NCBI GenBank assembly: GCA_965649225.1
Contig: CBFGJX010000006.1
Coordinates: 1-64,000 of the forward strand
Direction: 5' to 3'
DNA: 64,000 nt
Origin: a candidate division WOR-3 bacterium
Lineage (GTDB): Bacteria > Hydrothermota > Tepidihabitantia > Tepidihabitantales > Tepidihabitantaceae
The position numbers and the translations under genes are program-made. Position 1 is the stretch's first letter, and every line of letters starts with the position of its first letter. Under the pieces are notes generated by a model that did no database searches, was not told the origin of the DNA, and worked only from the letters and a program-made list of their open reading frames with translations. Positions 51,946 to 61,802 of the stretch are shown piece after piece.

Positions 51946-52670
51946 GATTCGGCATCTTTTCTGACGTTCACGGCAACCTCGAAGCACTGCTGGTCGTGCT
52001 CGACTTTCTGCGCCAAAACGACTGCTCGCGACTGGTCTGCTGCGGCGACATTGTCGGCTACGGTCCCGACCCGGCGGCCTGCATCGAATCTCTGCGGGCC
52101 AGCCGCGTCAGTGTTGTCTGTGGCAATCACGACGCCGCCGCCGTCGGCCGGAAATCCACCGACGACTTCAGCACTGCCGCTGCCCAGGCGATAGTCTGGA
52201 CGCGCGGCGTACTCCGTGACGACGATGTCCTGTTTCTGGAAAACCTGCCGCTGACTGAACGACTCAATCCGTTCCTGTTCGTCCACGGCGCACCCGGCGA
52301 GCCCGAGGCGTTCGACTACATCCTTTCGGTCCGGGACGCTCAGGATGCGCTCGAAGACTGCACCGACCGGCTCTGCATTGTCGGTCACACCCACCAGCCG
52401 CTGGTAGTCGAGCTTGTCAACGGCGAACCACTGCAGATTCTCCGTCCCGACCGCTTCATTGTTCGCGACAACGCCCGCTATCTGGTCAATGTCGGCAGCG
52501 TCGGTCAGCCGCGCGACGGCGACCCGCGGGCCTGCTGTGCAATCTACGACACCGCCAGCGGCGAGTTCTCGTTTCACCGGCTGCCCTACGACATCACGGC
52601 AGTACAAAGCCGCATCCGGTCCGCTGGCCTGCCGGAGTTTCTTGCTGCCCGCCTCGCTTCCGGCTGCTGA
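51942..52670 (+). CDS. Metallophosphoesterase (YfcE/calcineurin-like), probable CTG start
   Basis: In-frame upstream extension (L/M)RFGIFSDVHGNLEAL, then CGDIVGYGP, GNHD, HG.P, GHTH, NVGSVGQPRDG. Confidence 0.9.
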   Translation: MRFGIFSDVHGNLEALLVVLDFLRQNDCSRLVCCGDIVGYGPDPAACIESLRASRVSVVCGNHDAAAVGRKSTDDFSTAAAQAIVWTRGVLRDDDVLFLENLPLTERLNPFLFVHGAPGEPEAFDYILSVRDAQDALEDCTDRLCIVGHTHQPLVVELVNGEPLQILRPDRFIVRDNARYLVNVGSVGQPRDGDPRACCAIYDTASGEFSFHRLPYDITAVQSRIRSAGLPEFLAARLASGC

Positions 52671-52683
52671 CCAGAAAATCAGC

Positions 52684-52722
52684 CCAGACCTGCAACCCGG
52701 CTTACGGTCTGGCCTGCTTTTT
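52684..52722 (+). terminator. Possible terminator of the rib/nusB operon
   Basis: CCAGACC..GGTCTGG stem with a large loop, then CCTGCTTTTT. Confidence 0.35.
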
Positions 52723-52839
52723 CCGGCTGAACACTGCCGGCCAGTCCCGATGACCTAGAGCTGACCTGTCGCCCGCCACACAACCACAGGTCAGACTCTC
52801 CGGCCAGCATCGTCGTTGACGCCTTGCCGTCCAAAACTG

Positions 52840-52870
52840 AAAAAGAAGGGCGGAGCTGCCTCCGCCCTTC
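52840..52870 (-). terminator. Intrinsic terminator after the S8 protease gene
   Basis: 11-bp stem GAAGGGCGGAG/CTCCGCCCTTC with a 4-nt loop, followed by TTTTT on the minus strand. Confidence 0.85.
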
Positions 52871-52888
52871 TCAAGCAGTTGAGCCGGT

Positions 52889-55576
52889 CTACTTCAGCAC
52901 CAGCGTCTTGGCAGTCACGGCACCGGCAGGAGTGGCAACCTGAACAATCCAGGCACCGCTGCCCAGCCGGGCACCGTCCAGCTCAAACTCCACCACCGAA
53001 CCCTGTCGGGCAGTCCGGGTTTCGCTGTAAAGCAGCTGTCCGGCCGCAGTGTAGACCCGCAGTTTCGCCGGCCCGTTTACCGGGGCAACAAAGCGGACGC
53101 GGGCGTTGCGACTGAACGGATTCGGACTGATTTCCAGCCGGCCCCGTTCCCGTGCCACCGGCAGTGTTGCTTCTTCGACAACACCGGGCGTCGCCTCGCC
53201 GAAGAAGTTGAAAATCCGTGCCATCAACGTCCAGCGCTGGAGATAACGGGTTGCCGAATGGTTGATTGCCTCGAAGGCCGCAGCGAAGAACACCAGCTTG
53301 TAGCTGCCGCTGTAAGAAATGAACGCCTGCACCGTCGTGTCGGGATGGTCGCGATAGTAGGCACCGCCAACCGCATCGCCCAGCGGCCGGATGCCGTTCG
53401 AATTGGCACCGTTGTTCGCCCCGCCGGCACCGGCAATCACCATCGTATCGCCATCGGCAATCGGATGGGACTCCAGGCCAACCAGGTACTGCCGGCCCAT
53501 CGAATCGACCGCCAGTGCCGCGTGCAGATAGTCGCTGAGGAAGCTGGAACCGTTGATATCCTGAGCGATCTTCTTGCCGCACAGCAGCAGGTTGCGCCCG
53601 GCATCAAGATAGGCCGCTAGCGCGGTCTGCTCGGCAGTGGTCAGCGTCGTCGCGGTATCATTGCCGGTATTCCAGATGACAACATTGTAGCGCAAAAGGG
53701 TATCAGCCGAAGGTGCACCCGACGTCTGAACCGTATAGACGTGATAGAGAATACCGTTGGAGTCGCAGGCTGCCTTGTAGTACTTCTCGTAATCGAGCCC
53801 GAGATCGTCATCAACGATCAGCGTCCGCGGCTCACCCGAACGCACTGTCAAGCTGGTGTCCGGGTGCACTGCCGCCGGTTCCGCAAGCACTGAGACGAAA
53901 AACCGGATGTTCTGCGGCGCGGCATTGGCCGGCACCGAGATAACAAACGAGTCGGCCGAGCAGTTGCCGGAACTGCCGGCCGGAATATCCGGAAACCGGG
54001 CGGTGTCCTTGACAATCTGCACACCCCGGGCATTGGTGGTCAACACTGCCCGGACATTACGCGCGTCGCGGAATCCGGCGGTGTTGGCATAGGTGAGTAT
54101 CAGACTGGCAACTTCGCCCGGATCGGGCCGGCCGTTGTTGTTGCCGCCGGCATCATTGAATCGCCAGTTGGTCAGGGTCAGGTCGCAGTAGTAAAGCGGC
54201 AGCACGGCATTGGCCATATTGACCCGGCCGGCACCGAGCTTGCCCTGGGCATAGAGCGGGTCCGGCATTGGGTCGCAGGCGTCGTACATTGTCCGCAGGA
54301 CCTGAGCGTTGTTCAGTGCCGGATTGAAACACTTGATCCAGACCGCCACGCCGGCTGCTGACGGACAGGCCATCGAAGTGCCGTCGAAGAATGCGTAGCT
54401 GCCGGTTGCCCGGTTGACCGTTGAATAGATACCCTGGCCTGGTGCCGAAACATCAACCCAGGGTCCGTAGTTGGAAAAGCTCGCCTTGTAATCGGTCGAA
54501 GTCGAAGCAGCGGTGTTCACGACGCTGTCATTGCAGGCCGGATAGCGACGGTTTTCCAGGCCCTCATTGCCGGCCGAACCAAACAGCACCGCGCCCTGAT
54601 TCCAGGCATCAAGTCCGGCGGTGTTGAGCTGGGGGCTCTGCGTCGATGAACCAAAGCTCATCGAGTAGGCAAACACACCCTTGAAAATGCCGTAGTAGAT
54701 TGCCGAAACCGCCTGATAGATGTAGATGCCGCCACCGGAACCGCAGCGCATGTTCAGCGACCGGTTGTTCCAGGTTTCGCCGGCGATGCCGATGCCGTTA
54801 TTGGTCACGGCGTTGACGATACCGTGACAGTGGGTACCGTGGTCATCGGACGGATTCGGCATCGGGTCGGCGTCGTAGGAAACGAAATCAAAACCGATGA
54901 CGTCGTCGTTGTACCCGTTGGCATCCTGATCAATGTTATCAAGGTCGCCCGATGGGGGCGGGGAAGGATCGAACCGGCCGTTACCATTGATGTCTTCGGG
55001 ACGGTTGATCCAGAAACTTGCCTCCAGGTCCGGATGGAGATAGTCGACACCCTGGTCAATGACCATGTTCAGCACCGCGGTGTCACCATGGCTGGCATTC
55101 CATGCCTCCGGCGCCTGAATCTTGGTGATGTGCCACTGACTGCCCAGCAGCGGGTCGTTGGGCGTTTCGTCAAACCGCAGGTAGTAATTCGGTGCGGCAG
55201 CCGCAACTTCAGCCAGCCGACCGTATTCCGCAACCGCAGCGGCGACGTCGGCACTGACGTCGAACTGGATGCAGTACATCAGGTCACCGCTAATGCCGGG
55301 CGCAATTTCCAGTGCCCGGGGGTGACGCACGACCGGGCTGATATCGTCGACCCGCCAGCGCCGGTTCAGCTCATCCAGCGCCGGCACGCCGAACAGCGCA
55401 ATACCGTCTGAACTGGTAATGCTGACCTTGCCCCGCAAACTGCGGTCCAGCGTCAGCATCAACTGTCCCGCCGCGTACTCCGAACCATCGGCCCCGGTCA
55501 CGACCGGCCGGATTGCCGGATATGCCGACGCTGTCGCAGCCAGCGCCAGACACAATACCAGAAGCCTCACTTTCAT
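52889..55576 (-). CDS. Secreted S8 subtilisin-like serine peptidase with T9SS-type C-terminal domain
   Basis: Signal peptide; triad VIDQGVD, HGTH, GTSMACP; oxyanion SAGN; C-terminal ISPNPF..GSGAWIV..KTLVLK; AGGAGG RBS. Confidence 0.93.
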   Translation of the reverse strand: MKVRLLVLCLALAATASAYPAIRPVVTGADGSEYAAGQLMLTLDRSLRGKVSITSSDGIALFGVPALDELNRRWRVDDISPVVRHPRALEIAPGISGDLMYCIQFDVSADVAAAVAEYGRLAEVAAAAPNYYLRFDETPNDPLLGSQWHITKIQAPEAWNASHGDTAVLNMVIDQGVDYLHPDLEASFWINRPEDINGNGRFDPSPPPSGDLDNIDQDANGYNDDVIGFDFVSYDADPMPNPSDDHGTHCHGIVNAVTNNGIGIAGETWNNRSLNMRCGSGGGIYIYQAVSAIYYGIFKGVFAYSMSFGSSTQSPQLNTAGLDAWNQGAVLFGSAGNEGLENRRYPACNDSVVNTAASTSTDYKASFSNYGPWVDVSAPGQGIYSTVNRATGSYAFFDGTSMACPSAAGVAVWIKCFNPALNNAQVLRTMYDACDPMPDPLYAQGKLGAGRVNMANAVLPLYYCDLTLTNWRFNDAGGNNNGRPDPGEVASLILTYANTAGFRDARNVRAVLTTNARGVQIVKDTARFPDIPAGSSGNCSADSFVISVPANAAPQNIRFFVSVLAEPAAVHPDTSLTVRSGEPRTLIVDDDLGLDYEKYYKAACDSNGILYHVYTVQTSGAPSADTLLRYNVVIWNTGNDTATTLTTAEQTALAAYLDAGRNLLLCGKKIAQDINGSSFLSDYLHAALAVDSMGRQYLVGLESHPIADGDTMVIAGAGGANNGANSNGIRPLGDAVGGAYYRDHPDTTVQAFISYSGSYKLVFFAAAFEAINHSATRYLQRWTLMARIFNFFGEATPGVVEEATLPVARERGRLEISPNPFSRNARVRFVAPVNGPAKLRVYTAAGQLLYSETRTARQGSVVEFELDGARLGSGAWIVQVATPAGAVTAKTLVLK

Positions 55577-55670
55577 CGGTCTTTGCCTCCTGATTAGTTT
55601 GCTGTCTCTGCTGTCAGTCGGTCGACGGCACCGGCCGTCGCGTCAATGATAGAGCCGCACCGGGCAGGTG

Positions 55671-56435
55671 TCAATCTGACGCAGCCGTCGCTGGCCGGTC
55701 GGCGGCAACCACCAGCTGCTCAGGCAGACCGGTGAGATTGGGCAGTTCCCAGCGCTGGCGGACATCCCCCACTTCTTCCAGCGCCACTACCCGCAACCGG
55801 GCACTGTTCAAAGCACGAAAATGATCGGCGACAGTCCACTGATAATCACAACGGCAGAATCCGGCATTGACCATTGTCGGGTCTCCCGGCCATTCCTCAT
55901 CAATACTGCGGACCCGGTCGAAATAGGAAAACCGCGCCCGGGGCGCCCCCGGCTCCTGCCGCCAGATCCGCCGCACCGGGTGATACTCGGTCACGACCAG
56001 CCGTCCCCCCGGTTCGAGCAAGCGTGCCACCGCCCGGTAGAACGCGGCAAGATCGGCAACCTGCGGCGCAACCCCGGCAGCGTAGACCAGCCCGCACGAG
56101 GCCTCGCCCAGTGCTTCCAGCCGCTCCAGTTCACACTGGCGGAACGCCAGCTCAACGCCAACCAGCTGGGCCCGGATCATCAACATATCCAGATAGCTGG
56201 CGCTCGGGTCGACCGCGGTCACCCGGCCGCCCAGTGCGGCAAGCGCCAGCGGCACCAGCCCCTGCCCGACACCAATCACCGCCACACTGCGGCCGGCAAC
56301 CGGCTGCAGCAGTTCAAGCTCGACCCGATTCAGTGCCAGCGCCGGCATCGTTGGCACCCGGCGCCAGATATCAGCATCGTCCGGATCACGCTGCCAGGCC
56401 GGGGCCGTCGGAACCCAGTCGTGTCCTGCCGCCAC
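55671..56435 (-). CDS. Class I SAM-dependent methyltransferase
   Basis: VAVIGVGQG, VTAVDPS, RLLEPGGRLVVTEYHP. Confidence 0.85.
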   Translation of the reverse strand: MAAGHDWVPTAPAWQRDPDDADIWRRVPTMPALALNRVELELLQPVAGRSVAVIGVGQGLVPLALAALGGRVTAVDPSASYLDMLMIRAQLVGVELAFRQCELERLEALGEASCGLVYAAGVAPQVADLAAFYRAVARLLEPGGRLVVTEYHPVRRIWRQEPGAPRARFSYFDRVRSIDEEWPGDPTMVNAGFCRCDYQWTVADHFRALNSARLRVVALEEVGDVRQRWELPNLTGLPEQLVVAADRPATAASD

Positions 56436-56442
56436 CGCTGCT

Positions 56443-57063
56443 TCAGCGCGAACCGATCCGCCAGTCGGTCAGCACCCGTTCACTGCCGGCGCCGATTCGC
56501 CGCACAACACCGACCCCGGGCGCAAGCCATTCGGTGTACTGCTCGGCCACGGTGTCAATACCGGTGTACTCGTGGTAAAACTCGATCCGGTAACACTGGA
56601 CAAAACTGCCGGCCGGCACGACAACATCTTCAATCGCGCTCACCCGGGCCGAAAACGAATCCCGCACCACGATTGAATCGCTGCCCAGCACGACAACGGT
56701 GTCGGCAAACGACTCCCCCCAGCCAGCACCGGTAACCAGCGGCAGCCGGTAAACCAGTGCCCAGCGCTCGAGCAGTACATACTCCTGACCGCCGATAACC
56801 GCCGCACGCCGGTCATAACGCCGCACCTCGAACTGGTCTGCCAGCCAGAGTTCCGGTGCGAAATCACGCAGCACCAGCCGCGCACTGCGTCCGAGCACAA
56901 CACTGTCGCCGGCGACCGAGTCAAACGACGCAAACCCGCCCGACTCGTAGCGCCAGCTCGAACCGGTGGTCAGCGGAAAATAGTCGGCACCGGCCCGCCA
57001 CAGAATCATATCACTGCAGGCAAGCACCATCAGACCAGCCAGCACCAGTCGTCTAAAGCACAT
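56443..57063 (-). CDS. Hypothetical lipoprotein
   Basis: Lipobox MVLAC; DYFPLTTGSSWRY, VPAGSF..C, WLAPGVGVVR; ATG 57063 overlaps the upstream gene end. Confidence 0.78.
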   Translation of the reverse strand: MCFRRLVLAGLMVLACSDMILWRAGADYFPLTTGSSWRYESGGFASFDSVAGDSVVLGRSARLVLRDFAPELWLADQFEVRRYDRRAAVIGGQEYVLLERWALVYRLPLVTGAGWGESFADTVVVLGSDSIVVRDSFSARVSAIEDVVVPAGSFVQCYRIEFYHEYTGIDTVAEQYTEWLAPGVGVVRRIGAGSERVLTDWRIGSR

Positions 57064-57556
57064 GGCCCACTCCCGCCCGCAAACCGAAGAACCACGCCGG
57101 CCTGACCCCGCCTGCCCCGGACTCCAGATAGATTGAGCTGTCCAGGCCGAGTCCGACCCGACTGCGCTCCTGATGCTGCACCAGACCGGCAGCCAGCCGC
57201 ACTGCCGGCGCACCACCGGCCTCGCTGGCGCTGCCGGACCGGCGCCGGGCGAACCCGTAGCCGGCGCCGACGCCGACTTCAATGCCCCAGGTTGACCGCT
57301 GCAACACTTCCAGACCGTACTCGACGCCGACACTGTGCAGCCGCAGGCTGTAATCGCTGCTGCGGGGACCGGCAAACTCGGCAAAACCGTAACTGAGCTC
57401 CAGCCGGCCCGGACCGACCCGGCTGGCGGCAAAGCCGCCAAATACGCCGGCAAACTCGTGCCGGCGTCCCAGACCACCCCCCGGGAAAGCGGCACCGATA
57501 CGGCCACCGACCTCGATGCCGTTCAGCAGCATCAGTGCAATCAGCAGTGAGTTCAC
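57053..57556 (-). CDS. Small outer-membrane beta-barrel-like protein
   Basis: Hydrophobic N-terminus, Gly/aromatic alternating strands; GTG 57556 fits TTGACA-16-TAGATT-7. Confidence 0.6.
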   Translation of the reverse strand: MNSLLIALMLLNGIEVGGRIGAAFPGGGLGRRHEFAGVFGGFAASRVGPGRLELSYGFAEFAGPRSSDYSLRLHSVGVEYGLEVLQRSTWGIEVGVGAGYGFARRRSGSASEAGGAPAVRLAAGLVQHQERSRVGLGLDSSIYLESGAGGVRPAWFFGLRAGVGHVL

Positions 57557-57599
57557 AACAGACAATCTAGGATACCGGCCGCAGGTGTCAAGGCAGGGT

Positions 57600-58496
57600 T
57601 CAGCCGATCGCGGCCATCCGCTCCAGTGCCTGCCGCGCCCGGGCGGCAACTTCCGGAGCGACAACAATTTCCTCCCCGCCGCCGGTCAGGGCAGCCTGCA
57701 CCGCCGCCAGTCGCGTCAGCTTCATGTTCCGGCACAGCGCACTGCGTCGCAGTGGAAAACAGCGACACTGCGGATGCAGACGCCGAATCCGCTCACACAT
57801 TCCGGCTTCGGTTGCCAGTACCACTTCCGGATACTTGCCGGCCAGTCGCGCCATTCCGGAAGTCGAAGCCACCTCGTCGGCGGCATCAATCACCTCCGGC
57901 GCACACTCCGGATGAGCAATCACCCGGGCTGTCGGATGCTCGCTGCGGGCCCGGGCAACGTCTGCCGCCGTGAAAACGGCATGGACATAACAGAACCCGG
58001 GCCACTCCAGCACCGTCCGCCCGGTCTTTCGGGAAACAAAAGCCGCCAGATTGCGGTCCGGCACCAGCAGCACCGGCCCGGGCGGCAACGAATTGACCAC
58101 TGCCACCGCGTTCGCCGAAGTACAGCAGATATCGGCCTCGGCCTTGACCTCGACCGGGGTGTTGACATACGCCACGACCGTCACCGTTCCGAGCTCGCTG
58201 CGGCGCCGGCGCAACGCCTCGGCGCTGATCATGTCGGCCATCTGACAGCCGGCCCGCGGCTCGGCCAGCACAACCCGCGCCGCCGGATTCAGTATCGCTG
58301 CCGTCTCGGCCATGAACCGGACACCGCAGAAAACAATCAGCCGTGCCTGGCTCTTCTGTGCCGCCCGCGCCAGCTCAAGCGAGTCGCCGATGAAATCGGC
58401 GACATCATAGACCTCCGGCAACTGATAGTTGTGGGCCAGCACCAGCGCCCCTGTCGCCGCCTTCAACTGCCGAATATTCTCAATCTCAGCCGTCAT
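57600..58496 (-). CDS. nadA: Quinolinate synthase
   Basis: LAHNYQ, GDSLEL, CGVRFMAE, GCQMAD, YVNT, CTSAN, CYVH, HPEC, C.NMK. Confidence 0.97.
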   Translation of the reverse strand: MTAEIENIRQLKAATGALVLAHNYQLPEVYDVADFIGDSLELARAAQKSQARLIVFCGVRFMAETAAILNPAARVVLAEPRAGCQMADMISAEALRRRRSELGTVTVVAYVNTPVEVKAEADICCTSANAVAVVNSLPPGPVLLVPDRNLAAFVSRKTGRTVLEWPGFCYVHAVFTAADVARARSEHPTARVIAHPECAPEVIDAADEVASTSGMARLAGKYPEVVLATEAGMCERIRRLHPQCRCFPLRRSALCRNMKLTRLAAVQAALTGGGEEIVVAPEVAARARQALERMAAIG

Positions 58497-58987
58497 TACC
58501 GGTTTCGGTGCCAGCGCCTCGGACCACCACTCCCCCGCTGTCCGTGCCGCCGGACGGGCGGTGTCTTGGCCGGTGCCTGCCAGACGGTTGTTTCGTCGAG
58601 CAGGTGGACGACCTCAATCCCGGCCTGGGCCAGGGCCGCGGCGATGTCCAGCCGGTGACACCGTTCCGGGCTGCGTTCGGCGCACAAGATACAACACACC
58701 CGCCGTGCCGCCTTGCTCTGAATGATGCCGGCACCGCGGACAAACTCGTCCGACCGCACCCAGCCGTTACGGTCACCGTCGCGCGGCCCGCCGAGTTCGT
58801 TGCCGAGAAACACATAATCCACGCCGTGGGCAGCGCACAACGCCTGCAACCCGTCGCGGCGGAAATGTTCCTCCTGTGCCGCCGGGGTCCGGCGCACGTC
58901 AAAAACGACCTCGATCCCGTGCTTGACCAGTATCCGGACAAAGTCGAGCTGATGGCGGTGGTCGGTTCCCAGCGTGTAAACTCTCAT
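58496..58987 (-). CDS. DUF488 family protein
   Basis: YTLG, DVRRTP, ELGG, LCAE....CHR, V.HL. Confidence 0.9.
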   Translation of the reverse strand: MRVYTLGTDHRHQLDFVRILVKHGIEVVFDVRRTPAAQEEHFRRDGLQALCAAHGVDYVFLGNELGGPRDGDRNGWVRSDEFVRGAGIIQSKAARRVCCILCAERSPERCHRLDIAAALAQAGIEVVHLLDETTVWQAPAKTPPVRRHGQRGSGGPRRWHRNR

Positions 58988-59703
58988 TCCGGCAGTCCAT
59001 TCCCGGTCGCCACCGACGGCGCCCGCAGCTCCAGACGAATTGTACCGAAGCCGGCCTCCTGACGCACCCGCACCTCCCCCAGTCGCACCAGTTCCAGCAC
59101 CGCAATGAATGTCACTATCACCTCGGCCAGTGTATCACCGGTGACCGCTTCCTCAAAATCAAGCCCGCCCCGTTCCCGCAGCAACCGGCGCAGCGCCGCA
59201 ATCCGGTCACCGAGCCGGACGCTGGGCGGCGCAATCTCGGCCTTGCGCGGCGGCTCCAGCCGTGCCAGCACCCGCTTCAGCGCCGCGGTCAATACCAGCA
59301 AATCCTCGCTTTCGGCCGCCTGGGCTCGCGGCGACTCACCGGGCCGCGGCCACAACTGCCGCATTCCCGCTTCCTTGTCCGAAAGCAGCCGCGCTGCCTG
59401 ACGGTACTGGCGAAACTCGTCCAGAATCTGTTCCAGTGTGACAACCGGCGTATCCAGTTCCTCGTCCTTCATTCGGGGCAGCAGTGCCCGAACCTTCAGC
59501 CGCATCAGCACTGCCGCCATCATGACGAAATCTGATGCCGCCTCCATGTTCAGTTCGGTCGCCCCGCGAATCCACGCCAGATAATCGTCAGTCAGCCGGC
59601 CAATCGGCACATCGCAGACATCCAGTTCAGCCTTGCGCACCAGATACAAAAGCAGTTCGACCGGGCCTTCGAACGCCTCGAGCCTGACCTCGTGCACACT
59701 CAC
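58984..59703 (-). CDS. scpA: Segregation and condensation protein A
   Basis: FEGPVELLLYLV, F.VMAA.L..LK...LLP, IVTFIAVLELVR, Q...FG.I. Confidence 0.93.
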   Translation of the reverse strand: MSVHEVRLEAFEGPVELLLYLVRKAELDVCDVPIGRLTDDYLAWIRGATELNMEAASDFVMMAAVLMRLKVRALLPRMKDEELDTPVVTLEQILDEFRQYRQAARLLSDKEAGMRQLWPRPGESPRAQAAESEDLLVLTAALKRVLARLEPPRKAEIAPPSVRLGDRIAALRRLLRERGGLDFEEAVTGDTLAEVIVTFIAVLELVRLGEVRVRQEAGFGTIRLELRAPSVATGNGLPE

Positions 59704-60731
59704 AGTGTCACCAGCTCGTAGTCACGCCGGCCCAGTCCGCGCCGCTCGGCCGCCTCGATCACCAGCTCGCCGTGGACGTGCGGATATATCGGCTTCAGCA
59801 CCGGTCCCAGCCGGTCCCACGCCGTCTGCTCACAGGCCACCGGGTCGCGCGAGACGAACACCCCGACATCATCAGTAACCGGCTTCTCGGTCTGACCGTA
59901 GCAGTCGCAGTTCGGGGTAACGCGCAGACAGAAGTTGAAGTGAATCGCCTGCCGGTCAATCAGCACCGCCCGGGCGTACTCAACCATCTTCAGTATCACG
60001 TTCTCACTGCCGGCATCCCAGTCAATCCGGATTGCATTCTGTTCGCACACCGTCAGGCAGCCACCGCAACCGGTGCACGACCGGCCAATCTGCGCGACAT
60101 ACTGGACGAAATTGATCGCATCGTTCGGGCAGTAATCGACACACTCGCCGCAGGAAACGCACTTGTCCGGATCAACCGCCGGCTTGGAATTGGAATGCAT
60201 CTCCAGCTTGCCCGCCTTGCTCGCCAGTCCCATCGCCAGACTCTTGATTACGCCACCGAACCCGGCAACGAAATGTCCCTTGAAGTGGGCCATGTTGATG
60301 AGGTAGCGCAGACGTCGAAGACCCTGCGCCAGCCGGGCGGCCGGCACCAGCTCCGAATCCAGCGGCACGACGTAGGACTTCTCTCCCCGCCGGCCGTCCA
60401 GTATCTCGATCGGCGCCATCAGCGTCGCGGTCGAAAACCCGTGCTCGGCCGCCAGTTTCAGATGCTCGCCCGCCTCCTGCCGCCGACCCCGGTAAAGCGC
60501 GGTCGTCTCGACCACGACCGGCTGCAGGTTATGAAAGGCCGTTGCCAGTGCCGCCTCGCGGACAAACTCCGGCCGCAGATGATTGCTGTTGCCGTGTTCG
60601 CCGAAGTGGCACTTGATGGCGATGCGCTTCTTGGGCCGGCAGTCGGCCAGAAAACCCGAACGCTCCAGCACCTCACGGATTCCCGCTGCCGCGCGCTCCG
60701 GCGGCAGAAAGAAAACAACCGGCTTGCTCAA
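59700..60731 (-). CDS. DUF362 protein with 2x[4Fe-4S] ferredoxin insert
   Basis: AIKCHFGE, HFKGH..AGFGG.IK, CVSCGECVDYCP, CTGCGGCLTVC, PNCDC, S.DPVA; TTG 60731 overlaps the upstream stop. Confidence 0.9.
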   Translation of the reverse strand: MSKPVVFFLPPERAAAGIREVLERSGFLADCRPKKRIAIKCHFGEHGNSNHLRPEFVREAALATAFHNLQPVVVETTALYRGRRQEAGEHLKLAAEHGFSTATLMAPIEILDGRRGEKSYVVPLDSELVPAARLAQGLRRLRYLINMAHFKGHFVAGFGGVIKSLAMGLASKAGKLEMHSNSKPAVDPDKCVSCGECVDYCPNDAINFVQYVAQIGRSCTGCGGCLTVCEQNAIRIDWDAGSENVILKMVEYARAVLIDRQAIHFNFCLRVTPNCDCYGQTEKPVTDDVGVFVSRDPVACEQTAWDRLGPVLKPIYPHVHGELVIEAAERRGLGRRDYELVTL

Positions 60732-61801
60732 TTCCACACCCCGCTGATTGACCGGCCGCAGAAGCGGCACCGGCCGTTATTGACATCACAATTCAGTACG
60801 CTGTAGCCGCGCCGACGGACCACAACCCGGCCACACCCCGGGCAAACCGTGTTCTCAAACTCATGCCCCGGCACATTGCCGATGTAAACAAACTGCAATC
60901 CTCTCGCCCGGGCGATACGAACCGCCTGTTCCAGCGTTGCCACTGGTGTTGCCGGCATGTTCTGCATCCGGTATGCCGGCACGAACCGGGTAAAGTGCAG
61001 CGGCACCGTGTCGCCGAGATTCGCCCCAATCCAGCGACACATTGCGCTGATCGTCGCACTGTCGTCGTTATATCCCGGAACAACCAGATTCACCAGCTCC
61101 AGGTGCGCCGGCCCGGCGGCGGCAATCCGGCAGGCCTCCAGCACCGGCGCCAGACTGGAACCACACACCGTGCGGTAAAACTCGTCACTGAAACCCTTCA
61201 GGTCAATCTTCACCGCATCAACCAGCCGGCACAGCTCACGCATCGGCGCCGGATTGATGTAACCGCCGGTCACCACCGCGGTCCGGACACCGCCCTGACG
61301 CGCCAGCCGCGCCGCGTCGACAACATACTCCCAGAACACTACCGGTTCGCTGTAAGTAAAACACAATATCGGCACTTTCTGGTTCAGAGCGAGCTCCACC
61401 AGCGCCGCCGGCGAAAGCTCACGATACGGCACATCCTCCGGACTTGCCTGAGAGATCTGCCAGTTCTGGCAGTACCGGCACGACTGATTGCAGCCGACTG
61501 TCGCAGCGGTAATCCGCTCCCGGCCGGGCAGAAAGTGAAAAAACGGCGCCTTCTCGATCGGCTCCCGGCCGACCGAACACGGCCGGCCATGCACCAGCGA
61601 ATAAAGCGTACCGCCGCGATTCTCGCGCACCCGGCAAAATCCCCGCCGCCCCGGCTCAATCACACACCGGCGGGGACACAAATCACACTGCACCCGTCCC
61701 CGCTCGAGCCGGTGATACCAGTCGGCCTCGCGGTTGACCGGCCGCGAATCGGCCGCCAGCAGCAGACCGGCCGATACCACCAGCGCCGCCAGTCTGCCCA
61801 T
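60728..61801 (-). CDS. amrS: AmmeMemoRadiSam system radical SAM enzyme
   Basis: CDLCPRRC, G.CRVR.N, PIEKAPFFHF.PG, GCNQSCRYCQNW, FTYSEP, LHFTRF.P, YIGNV, CPGCG..C.FCG. Confidence 0.93.
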   Translation of the reverse strand: MGRLAALVVSAGLLLAADSRPVNREADWYHRLERGRVQCDLCPRRCVIEPGRRGFCRVRENRGGTLYSLVHGRPCSVGREPIEKAPFFHFLPGRERITAATVGCNQSCRYCQNWQISQASPEDVPYRELSPAALVELALNQKVPILCFTYSEPVVFWEYVVDAARLARQGGVRTAVVTGGYINPAPMRELCRLVDAVKIDLKGFSDEFYRTVCGSSLAPVLEACRIAAAGPAHLELVNLVVPGYNDDSATISAMCRWIGANLGDTVPLHFTRFVPAYRMQNMPATPVATLEQAVRIARARGLQFVYIGNVPGHEFENTVCPGCGRVVVRRRGYSVLNCDVNNGRCRFCGRSISGVWN

Positions 61802-61802
61802 G

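Noticed and set aside
52694..52708. AACCCGGCTTAC resembling the 3' end of RNase P RNA
   Set aside because: No GAGGAAAGTCC upstream, and the preceding sequence is coding.
57064..57507. N-terminal extension of the 354-aa ORF 56443-57507
   Set aside because: Overlaps the beta-barrel gene; the lipoprotein signal begins at ATG 57063.
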